Positions 12,487-23,071 of a stretch of 64,000 nucleotides of DNA are shown in pieces. Numbering within the stretch: position 1 is the first letter of the stretch; every line of letters starts with the position of its first letter. The stretch covers positions 277,751-341,750 of the forward strand of contig OZ037773.1 of the NCBI GenBank assembly GCA_964035545.1. The letters are read 5' to 3'. Source of the stretch: Bugula neritina. Lineage: Eukaryota > Animalia > Bryozoa. The notes under the pieces are model-generated. The model had not been told where the DNA came from. It made no database searches and worked only from the letters and a program-made list of their open reading frames with translations. Made by a program: the position numbers and the translations under genes.

Positions 12487-15400
12487 TTATACTGGCTTAC
12501 CTGGGAACTCGGTATTAATGTCCATACTCAACGTTCTTGGTAAGATTGGAGCTGGTTGTGAGATACGTCTGCCTTTGGCGATGTCAGCGTAAGAAAAGGC
12601 TGAGCATCGTTTCTGAGGCACGAGGTCGGAACTATTTGTTTTACGCGCATTAATTCCTCCCACTATTCCGCCCTCGCAAAAGTTGATATTTGCGTGGGGT
12701 TCACAACTCCAACATTTTATCGTACGGTTTTCCCCTAGACTTTCATGCGCGCCGCTTCTAATGCAGTCACATACGAAGTCTTTTAAATATGGTGGGGGTT
12801 TCCTCGTACGCTGTCCCCGCTCTAGGGGGGGTGACACGCTCGCCGGTTCGTTAGTAGGGGCCTCTAATGGCGTCTCTACTTCACCGTTAGCGGTCACCTC
12901 TTCTTGTTCTCCGGATGGAGCCCCTCCCTCCGTGGGGGTTTGCACTTCCGGAACCGGCTCGGTTTCTGGAAGTGATGGAATTAGACTTGGCGGTGGCGGA
13001 CACGCTTCTGTTGACAAAAGCTGCCGCTCCTCTCTCACCAAGTTTTCTTCCCGCGGTATGACCACTTCGTATTCAGGTCCATGCCGCCGTCGCCCGCGCG
13101 TTGTTGTCTGCCTCCTGGGCTCCAACAACGGAGGGGCTTCTCCCACTCCGTCGGGGCTAGCCCAATACGGTTTCAAGCGAGACTCATTCTGGATAGACAC
13201 CTGTCCTGAGCGCTCAATCTTGTACGTATGATTGGGCATAGCCTCGACGATCACGTAGGGTCCTACGAACTTAGGCTTCAGTTTATCAGCCTGTCCGCGA
13301 CGCCTACGGTAATTGACCATCCACACCTTATCTCCCGTTTGGTAGAGAGGTGGTTCATCGGAATCTTCGTGCCACACCTTCCACTGCTGTTCGCGCAGTA
13401 TATCGTGTGCGGCCTTCATCCGTTCCACTAGTTCACTGGCATACTCGTGAACCGAGTTGTCTTGCTCTGGAACGTGGTAGGTGATATGGTCAGGGACACG
13501 AGTCTCTCTCCCGAGCATCAAGAGGTTTGGGGTCTCACCAGTACTGGTGTGTGGGGTGCTACGGTATGCCCGCATGACTTGCGGCAACACCGTATCCCAT
13601 TCCTCTTGACCTCGTCCAAGGAGGAGACTCCGGAGCGCATCACCCAGCATCCGGTTGTTGCGCTCCACCACTCCATTACCTTGAGGGTGGTAGGGGGTGG
13701 TCCGGCTCTGATTTACTCCCCAGAGGTGACAAAGGTCGCTCATCAGTTGAGACTGGAATTGAGCGCCTTGATCAGAGTGTATCTGTTCGGGAAGCCCAAA
13801 ATAACAGAATACATGTTGGTCTAGTGCCCTGGCCACTGTTGGGGCTGACGCATCTGGAATAGCCAGAGCATCCGCCCACCTAGTAAAGTGGCCGGTTAGT
13901 ACTAAGATCCAATTATTGCCTCTGGGGGTCAGGGGCATGGGTCCGACCAGGTCTACAGCGACTACTTGCCAGGGCCTACCAGCATATAGCCTCCGCCGTC
14001 CTGCTTCACCAGGGGGGCGGCTATGCTTACTGGCCTGGCAGATTTCACACTGTTTGACTCTGAGTCGGACGTCACGCTCCATTTGTGGCCAATACCACCG
14101 GAGTCGTAATTTGGATATCACTCTCTTGACCCCTGCATGGGCCTGTTTGTGAGTATCCCAAATCAACTCACGGCGGATGGCCGTGGGGCAGACTACCCTC
14201 TTCCTCTCCGGGTGTCTGTCGCTGGCGGCTAGAGAGATGGTTAGTAACCCATCCTGCCCGATCCGCAGCGAGTCCCAACGCTGACAGTATAGCCGGAACT
14301 CGGCGCATCCCTGTCGTATGCGTTCCTTGCTGGGTCGTCGCCCTTCCCTTTTAGCCCGATATATGTCTGCCACGACTCCAGGCAGCTCTTCTTGGAGCTT
14401 CTTCAGCTCTCGAACATTACCGGCCAGTACAGGGTTGGCGCGGAGGTTTTGTACACCCTCCGGGGACTCATCAACTCCCTGCCTGAGTTGACCCTGGTCC
14501 CAGTCAAACGGTGCTCCGTGGTGAGCCAGCGTCTCTAGCTCACATCGCGGGGGACCTCCATCCCTCCTCTCGATGTTGAGACACTGCTTGCAACCTCCGT
14601 CAGGTCGGCGACTCAACCCATCCGCATTGCTATGTCTCTTGCCCGGTCGATGTTCGATCCGGTATGAGAATTCAGCTAGGATTTCGAGCCACCGGGCGAC
14701 CTGACTAGAGGGCTCTGCTCTCTTGCACAACCAGATCAGCGAGGCATGATCCGTACGCAGCCGGAACTTCCTGCCGTATAGGTATGGTCTGAAGTGCTTC
14801 ACTGACTTGATTACTGCCAGCAGCTCCTTGCGGGTAGTGCAGTAATTTCGTTCAGCGGGTGAGAGAGACTTGCTGTAGTAGGCTACTACTACCTCTCGGC
14901 CTTCCTGCACTTGTGACAGCACAGCGCCAACATTTTGGTCACTGGCGTCCGTGTCGAGGATGTACTCCAGAGTGGGGTCTGGGTAGGCCAAGATGGGCGC
15001 CGTTAGTAGGCAGCCCTTGAGGCGGTCGAACGCTCCTTGTTCGACTGGGGTCCACTGCCACGTCACTCCCTTTGCGGTGAGCCGGTTTAACGGCTGGGCT
15101 ATGCCCGCAAAGTCCGGTATGTATTGCCTGTAATACCCTACCAGCCCCAAGAAAGCCCGGAGTCCGGTCAAGTCTTGGGGGGTGACCCAGTCTTCTACCG
15201 CCCGTACCTTTTCGGGATCCGTTGCCACGCCGTTTCGACCGACAACGTGCCCCAGGTACTTGACCTCCGGCTGCAATAGAGCGCACTTGGAAGGTTTGAG
15301 CTTAAGACCGGCACCTCGGAGTCTCTCGAAAACCTCCTGCAGACGACTGACATGTGTCTCGAAGTCTGGAGAGATTACGATGACATCATCGAGGTAGACC

Positions 15401-17116
15401 AGCAGTGTCTTCCAATGGAGTCCGCTAAGGACTTGTTCCATCAGCCTCTGGAAGCTGGCTGGGGCGGAGGTTAACCCGAAGGGCAGCACCTTCCACTTCC
15501 ACAGCCCGTCCCGTGTGATAAACGCCGCTTTCTCCTCGGCGTCGGGACTCAGAGGGACTTGCCAATAGCCACTCAGCAAGTCTAATGTACTGAAGTACTT
15601 GCTGCCGGCTAGGGCGTCCAAGGACTCGTCAATACGAGGTAGAGGGTAGGCGTCCTGTATGGTTACGCTATTGAGTTTACGGTAATCCACACAGAACCGC
15701 CAACTGCCGTCTTTCTTCCGGACCAGTACGACCGGTGAGCTCCACGCACTATGGGCGGGCTCTATGAGGCCGCGGTCCAGAAGATCCCGTACTTGTCGGC
15801 TAACCTCCTTCTCTTTTTCCGGCCCCAGCCTACGTGTGGGTTGCCGGACAGGGACTGTCCCCGCAGTCAGCGGTATTTCGTGTCTGACAACTCCAGTCAG
15901 CCCCACGTCATGATCTCCGCTACTGAACACATCACCGTAGTCGCGTAGCAACTTCGCCATAGCTTGGCGTTCCTTGTTGCTCGCGCAGCCGCCACAGGCT
16001 GTTTCATATAACTCCCGGAGATGTGTTGGGACTGCCCCTCGTCCCTGAATAGGGTGTCGAGGGGGTGCCTCCGTCGCGTCACCCAGCGACGGGCCCACGT
16101 CCTCTTCCTGGACGAAGTGGAACCGGCCCAGCATTGACCCAGCTGGGAGCTCAATGGGCTCAGTAAAGGGGTTGACACACTGCACTAAGACCTCCCCTCG
16201 CTCAGTTAGTCGGTTTAAACTACTGGCGAGTTGGATCCTTTCGTGCGCGCCTTCAACGACCCCGAGCCTGGCTATCCGGTTGCTGTTCACTCGGCAGTGG
16301 ATAGTAGCTCTGGAGCGTCCGGGCACGGTGCAGTTTCGAACTACCTGAACACCGCCCACCAGAGGACGCCCAAACTTATCCACACAGGCGAGTTCTCGCT
16401 CGCCCATCAGCACCACCGACTTGCTAAAGTCTATTCAGCACTGGTGTTGCTTCAAGAAGGGCATTCCGAGGATAGCGTCTTCCTCCAGTTGGCTTATGAC
16501 AAAGGTCTCCTGTACAGCCTGGTCTCGGACACGCCCAGGGAGCTCGATAATCCCATAAAAGGGAATACATGATCCGTCTGCCAGGGTGCCATGTTCCCCA
16601 GTATACGGTCGTACTCTATCCCTGTCCCGGCGGGGCAGTGCCTCAAAGACTCTCCGACTGAGAAGGTTGGTAGTACAACCGGAGTCGAGCAGGAAAGTGA
16701 CGGCGTTGCCGGCCACCTTTCCGGGTAGAAAATAGCTCTCTCCATGTGGTTGTACTTTTACCCCCCCTCCCCGCATGAGCTATCCTGGATTGGTAGGACG
16801 GCGGGGGTTTCACCCGTGGTTTACGGGGTTTCCGGCGGCGAGGTTGGTGCCGGCGGGGTTTGGGGCTCTCCACTGGGCCTTCTGGCTCCATTTCAGTGGC
16901 GGGCTCCTCTTCCCGAGGTAACCGGTGGAACCGGTTGGCGAGTGGCAGGGAGAAGGTACTTGGCCGTTGTGCGGGCCTACTAGTCCTGCGTGGTACCTGC
17001 CACTCGGGTGGAGTGTTCCGTCGTGTCCGTACGGACAGACGACGGCGTGTCCCACCATACTCCTTCAGTTGCGGCCCGCGGGGAGGGAGAGTGTCCGCAG
17101 GCCGTGACAGTTTAAC
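12487..17116 (-). pseudogene. pol: pol of element A (PR-RT-RNaseH-IN), broken by a frameshift near the G-run at 16761-16773 and an in-frame TGA at 16435-16437
   Basis: LLDSGC protease, YLDD RT, DASD RNase H, HAG..CEIC and D,D35E integrase motifs. HQC*IDFSKSVV aligns with element B DQCHMDFQKSVV. Confidence 0.9.
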
Positions 17117-17931
17117 GCCCCCTGGTATTGGGGTCGTCCTTTCTGTCCCTGGTCCTGACCAGCACTACTCCAGCCCTGCCCCACAGGCGTTGGGGGCACC
17201 CGCAGGGCCTGACCGGGGCTAGCACCGGCCAGAATGGTTACCAGTTGTCCCAGCATCTCTACCATACGGTCCACTTCGGCTTCCAGCGGGAGGGCTTCGG
17301 GACCTGTCGTAGCCCTGGCAGCGCTGACTCCAACTACTGGTGGGTTCCGTTGTGCTCGATGCATTTGGGTAGCCAACAGGTAAGCTTCTCCAGCCTTCAG
17401 GGCATCCTCTATTCTGGTTATCCCTTTAGCTCGTAGTTGATGGTGTAGGCCCAGGTCGTTTAGTGACTGGACAAAGGCGTCATAGGTGTAACGCTCTTGG
17501 TGTTGTGCTGGCAGATCGCTATACGCAATCTGCGCCAGCTTCTTCACCGTCGCGGCATGTTCTTGCAGCGAGGTCCGCGGGGTGCGGCACAATCTCTCTA
17601 GCTTGGTCCTAGCGTCTATTGCGGAGATGCCAAAACGGGCCCGCAGCGCAGCCAGTATCCCGTTTACGTCTGTTCCCACTCCGTACGGCTTGGCTTGTTT
17701 CGTCACCGCTCTCCGCAATTGAATAAGGGCCACTCTATGCGGCCATTGAGCAATCTCCATTACCTCTCTAAATTCTTGTATAAACTGTTCGACATCCTCT
17801 GACCCAGTAAAGGTGGGAGCTTTCAAGCAATATCTATAAGCTTCTTCTCCCTCACGATTCACAGGATTAACATCATTTCTACGCTCACCTTCTACTGGGG
17901 GTGGTTGCATTCTAGCATTTTCAGTCTCCAT
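17065..17931 (-). CDS. gag: Gag of element A
   Basis: 288-aa ORF right after the PBS, homologous to element B Gag (PTF.G..DVEQFI.EF, ALRARFG). No CCHC knuckle seen. Confidence 0.85.
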   Translation of the reverse strand: METENARMQPPPVEGERRNDVNPVNREGEEAYRYCLKAPTFTGSEDVEQFIQEFREVMEIAQWPHRVALIQLRRAVTKQAKPYGVGTDVNGILAALRARFGISAIDARTKLERLCRTPRTSLQEHAATVKKLAQIAYSDLPAQHQERYTYDAFVQSLNDLGLHHQLRAKGITRIEDALKAGEAYLLATQMHRAQRNPPVVGVSAARATTGPEALPLEAEVDRMVEMLGQLVTILAGASPGQALRVPPTPVGQGWSSAGQDQGQKGRPQYQGALNCHGLRTLSLPAGRN

Positions 17932-18833
17932 CTTTGATGTACACTATCCCACCGCTGCCACCACTGTTATGATTTTCAGATTTTGGGTCGATGTGCCACC
18001 AAGAGAGTCTATTTATCACTAGAGAAACTTCACCGAGTTAAGTCGAGTAGATATCGTTATATTTGAATACAAGAATACATAATAAAATCTAATATACAAC
18101 AGTAATAATACGCACGTCTATTTAATTTACAGCACTATCCTCAACTGAGCTAGTAGCGCGAAGCTGCTACTATTACTCATAAACAGCCTAGCTAATTGGC
18201 TAATACATTGTTCCGGGTCAATACACAACCTTGCGTATTGTGTTGCTGGTAGCTCCACGAGCCACCACAATATCAGATAGATAACATTTTTTATGGGGAA
18301 AAGCAAAAATTATAAAATGGAAAATAGAAAAACAGCTACAATAAATCATAAGTGGTGAAGCGCAACGTTTTGTTTATCTCTGGAGTAGAAGCACAAACAG
18401 GGTGATAAATTTGCTCACATATCTATTAATGGTATGATGTTATAATGCATGATCAATTAATTTTTATTTAAACTGTGCCAACTGCACTGAAGAAATTAAA
18501 CTACCTGACAGTACTTTCTTTGCAGTGGTTAAAAAATGAATTATGATAATTTTATATAATTTGAAAATAAGTGAACATTATTTGCAATCAAGTTTGAACG
18601 TAGATAATTGAAACTATGTTTATAAAAATTATTTTAATTTGACCAAATTTATTTTTGGTAATAGCTGTCTGCATTCAAAGTGCTTTGCAGTGAAAATATG
18701 TAAAAAATATTTTCTCATCATGGCGAATTATTGAACGCTATGGAAGGAAAATAGCGCCAGACAAAGAGAATGCTTTACTAGAGCAGCTTTATAAGGTTTG
18801 TCACATTTACTGTAAACATTGATAAGATATAAT

Positions 18834-18990
18834 AGGGAGCAGCCGTGGTCTAGGGGTTAGAGCGTTTGGCTTAGTAAACAGGAAGTCATGGGTTCGAGCC
18901 CGACAAAGGCCATTGGTGATGTTAGGAAAAGCATCCAGTCATAATTGCTCCTGTGCCTCATTTAAATAAGCCCTTAGCCCGCTTTAACAA
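18834..18990 (+). mobile_element. tRNA-derived SINE
   Basis: A box TGGTCTAGGGG and B box GGTTCGAGCCC at tRNA-like spacing, but no intact cloverleaf or acceptor stem; followed by a non-tRNA body (ggtgatgttaggaaaagcatccagtc). Confidence 0.65.
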
Positions 18991-19029
18991 AAACCCTTTC
19001 CATCAGAAACTTATCACAGAGATAGCGAC

Positions 19030-19260
19030 TATAAACTTGCATGAGTTTTTATTGTTACGACATAATGAGTCATGATACGATACGTTATGGTATTATGAAT
19101 TACGATCTGATGAGTCATGATATCATGATGAGGTTTTATTGATACGATATAATGAGTTACAGTATAATGGGTCATGATATCATGATGAGTCATGACATGA
19201 TGAGTTAAGCCATGAGTTATGATAAGATGAGTCATAAACTTATAAAATCATAAACTTACC
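19030..19260. repeat. Degenerate short repeat (catgatgagt-like units)
   Basis: Many imperfect tcatga/tgagt units. Confidence 0.7.
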
Positions 19261-19864
19261 TGTTTGCATCAAATTGACGCTGCATGCTAAATAGGTTGAA
19301 ATAATTTAAAATATGTTATATGATTATAATATTAGTTTAATGGATGTTATGTGGTTATATTAATGTAATATAATTATGTTATAATTGTAGTAACCCATAA
19401 TTTGCATTTGGATAGTAAGGTAGTCAGCACCATAGTTCTGCACAACCTTTTTGTTTTTCTATCCCAAGTTTTTTACTTTTCCACGCATCTTTCTGTGAGG
19501 TTCAACAAATGCCTCCCCTGTTTGTAGCTGAAAATGGATACTCTCTTGCTTTTTCAATCTGAGCATCAGTCAGAAGAAATTTGCTTTTAAAATGTTTAAA
19601 GTACTGAATTGCATTTAGTTATATGTTGTCAATAAAAATGCATGTGCACTCGGTGATATATTTTATGGGAGAGAGAACTCTGGTTTATAACCTCAAAGTT
19701 ATAAGTTGCTGCAAGGCTCATGTCACAAATTCTGAGTGTACATATACCTACAGACTTACGGGGTTTTTCCTAATGATTATACACGAATGTTCATAAATAT
19801 TCTAGACTGATCAAAGGGATGGGTCGTTGTTCATTGTTATTGTTTTCATTAGCCATGTTAATTA

Positions 19865-20207
19865 GCCTAGGGCCACACGGTGCGTATTTTCGCATGCGAA
19901 AATTAAAATCACAAGTAGCAAAGGTGTCCACTGTAGCGTCAGTGATGCGTGATAAATAAAGCGTTCATTTTTAAATCGCACTCGCTTTCAATAAAACGCA
20001 ATTTACTGGAATATAGCACTAAATAAAGAAATTGGGCTCGCTGAATAGCTACCAGCCAATTAGGTGACGACGACAGAGACGATTTGCACTTGCGTTGAAA
20101 ATGCAGAGCGACAAGTGCGAATGTTTTCTCAACGCGCACAGTGGACACCTTTGCTACTTGTGATTTCAATTTTCGCATGCGAAAATACGCACCGTGTGGC
20201 CCTAGGC
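19865..20207. mobile_element. PIF/Harbinger (Tourist-like) MITE, copy 1
   Basis: About 70-bp terminal inverted repeats starting GCCTAGGGCCACAC; TTA target duplication on both sides; second copy at 36848-37189. Confidence 0.85.
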
Positions 20208-20313
20208 TTACTGCACAGCAATGTAAACGAGGTGTTGCGCAATAATTGCAAAATAACCATGGAAATTTCAATGTTTTGTTTTGTTTTGATTTTCTATCTA
20301 AATAGTATTGGTA

Positions 20314-20730
20314 TGTGGGGAATGTTATCTACTAGAATTTTCTATACTAGAATGCTTGAGAATGTTCTAGAGTTTTTTTGTTTACTATAAATACTGAGGC
20401 AGTTGTGTTTACAAGTTAGTTCATTTTCATAAGTTCATCTGTGCATATCTTACTGGAGAAATAAAGTCTACTTATATTCACAACTCTATTTACTCTCAAC
20501 TGAGCAAGCTGTATGCTACTTGTCTATACACTTCTGACTACCAGACTTTTCGAACTCATCACACTGCTACCAACAGTTTTGTGACAGCTCACTTAGTGCA
20601 AGGAACTATAAGACTGCAGCATCTGCAGAGAGAAACTCGCAGAAAAGTACCTGCAGCAGTGACATGGCAAAGAATGTTGTGTGCCTAAAAAGTTGACACA
20701 TAAAACTCTGAGAAAGCATGGTTTAACACC
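20314..20730 (+). mobile_element. Probable solo LTR or LTR remnant with HSE-like motifs, TATA box and AATAAA; right boundary uncertain
   Basis: TGTGG start, AGAATTTTCTA and AGAATGTTCTAGAG motifs (20334-20372), TATAAATA 20386-20393, AATAAA 20460-20465. No TSD confirmed. Confidence 0.4.
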
Positions 20731-23071
20731 ATACTAAAGGAAGTATAGAAAAGAATAGGGACAAGCTTGCAAACTGTAATTTTATAACATATAATGAGTG
20801 TTGAATGACTGTAATAGATATCACCTAGTCTGACTTTTCACATATGATTTTAGTGCGGCTGCCTGGCCACACAACATGAATAAAGTCACTATCCTCCTCA
20901 ACTTGTGGCTTTAGAGCTTAGACCATTAGCAAATATATTTTGCTCTATGGGCTGTTTACGGGTTTCTCATTAAATTACTAACTGCTGAATGGTGACGCTC
21001 CAACAATAGAATTTAGGCTGTAGCAGAGCTGTGGCTTTTTCTTTTTCATGTTAGTGAATTGTATTTAAAGATCTTCAAATAACATGTGGCCCTTTTCTCT
21101 ACTCTAGTTTTTTTAAAACAAACTTCCTAGTATTTTTCTGCATCACATGATTTTCCCTAAACTTCCTACATGTGAGCCAACAACAGTGTTTAGTTTAGTA
21201 ACCATGCTAACTGTTGCAGCTATTATAGTAGCCATAGTGACTGTTGCAGCTAGTAGCCATGGTAACTGTTGCAGCTAGAAATTATAGCTTCAAGCAACTG
21301 AATAACAGGCCTTTACCTATAGAAGACGACTAAAGTACAAAGTCTACTGAATTATGCAATGAAAGGTAATTATAGGTACTTACACTAGATACTTATCAAA
21401 GACAAGCTTACTGCACTCAGCTTTACTATGTTACTAAAGCAAACAATAAGCATAACTTCTAAGAGTTGAAGTCAAGTCTAAGAGAAGCTGAATATGTGAT
21501 CACGGTTTTACACTAAAAATCAAAATGGGTTTCGAGGGACCACTATAATAATTTTAGGATTTTGCCAATATGTATTTTTTCAAGGCTAGCACAATTAGTG
21601 AAGAAGCAGTTTTTGACCAATAATGCCTAAAAAATAGGCAGTTTTTTGAGCTTATAACAGAATAAAAATTGGAGCAAAATCAAGTCTAAAAAAGCTAAAA
21701 AAAGCATGAGAAGATACACAAGATGTTTTTTAAATTTCGTTTTTAGTCTACATATTGTTGTAAATTAAAATTACTAAGATGAGAATTCAGTAGAACCAAT
21801 GCCTAAACATTATCTCTTTGCAATTATGGGAGAGGAGGGCATAAAAGTTGTCCATCAATCAGAGCGTATTCTAGGCTTGCTATGTCAAGAACTCAAGCCT
21901 AGCTCTTCACAATTGGTAAAGAAAAATGTATGTAATGAGTATTAAATACAGAAGCGTGAATCCAAATGCAACGCGTCACTGCAATTCATCTGATTTATCC
22001 GCAGCTTCCGGTCCCATTTTGGAATGTTGTTTCCTGTTGCGGGGCCAACACTCCCCACTGCAGCCGAGCCGGGAAAGGCGGGAATATCTGTCGCGCCATA
22101 TGGATTGCATCATCCTTGCAGTTAGTCAGTAGGCAGTGCACTTGTGTGCGCATCACACTTGTTGAGTGTAAGAACAAGAAGATAGTTTATCTCCATGCAG
22201 CTACTGTACTAATGAAGGGTCACAGGCTAAGTTCCTGGCCATAATATAGTCAATAGAGAACAGAATATGCACTTGCTAATTATAATAGTAAAACGGTCAG
22301 ACTGAATACGTGTACAGTAGACTTGCACATAAGTAGGGAGAGTCATAAGCTAAGCTGGGGGAAGCATGATGTATTGTGATAGTTTTGTGGATTGTGAATG
22401 AAACTAGTGCTGTTACATGCTTGTATGAGAAACAAGGCGAGAAATAAGGTAAAAGGTAGATAATCTTTATTGTAGTATAGTCCGAGTGAATCAATGGTCT
22501 TTATCCAGCGAGCTCCAGTAGTAGACTGAACTATACTGGAACTCGCTGGCTTTTATATACATGCAGGACAAAGACATTCCTTTGTTTGCCGAGATCGGAG
22601 GCCCGAAATACCGAATATCGGTACTTCGGGAATCCGAAATGCCGAATCCGGCATTTCGGTACTTCGGTATTCCGATATGCCGAGAATCGGCATATCGGTG
22701 TTTCGGAGGACCGAAGTACCGATCTCGGTAACAAAGGACACACACACACAACATAATTTTACCACACACACCCCCCATCGGAAAGCATGCTTTCCGATAA
22801 AGAGGCGTACACAACACAAACACACAACAGGGAATGACACGACAATAAAACACACAGTTGAAAGTAACACACAGAAAAAAAATATGGTAAACATGCAGTG
22901 ATAGTAATAATACAATGATAGCAACAAAAAAAAACAGGGAAGATTTGTGCACACGCAAGAAAAACAGAGCATGAATAGGTACATGCATTACATGAAGAAC
23001 TTACACATATATAATAAACAAACAAAGAATAAGAGTAGAAAAAAAAAAAAAAAAAAACTATACAAATAGTC

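Larger units (their letters stand above)
11228..18269 (-). mobile_element. Full-length Ty3/Gypsy LTR retrotransposon A (tRNA-Leu primed, defective)
   Basis: 305-bp TG..CA LTRs at 11228-11532 and 17965-18269 (4 differences seen); 4-bp TSD ATAT; 18-nt tRNA-Leu PBS at 17946-17963; purine tract next to the 3' LTR; gag, PR, RT-RH-IN and an extra ORF. Confidence 0.97.

Noticed and set aside
18834-18910. tRNA gene
   Set aside because: A and B boxes are present but there is no acceptor stem or clean anticodon arm; treated as a SINE head.
19100-19135. CTGATGAG hammerhead-like cores (also near 42385 and 59976)
   Set aside because: No stem II followed by GAAA and no matching stems I and III.
21940-22250. 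CpG-rich patch with short ORFs and a hairpin; ribozyme considered
   Set aside because: No complete HDV, hammerhead or twister core and no recognisable protein.
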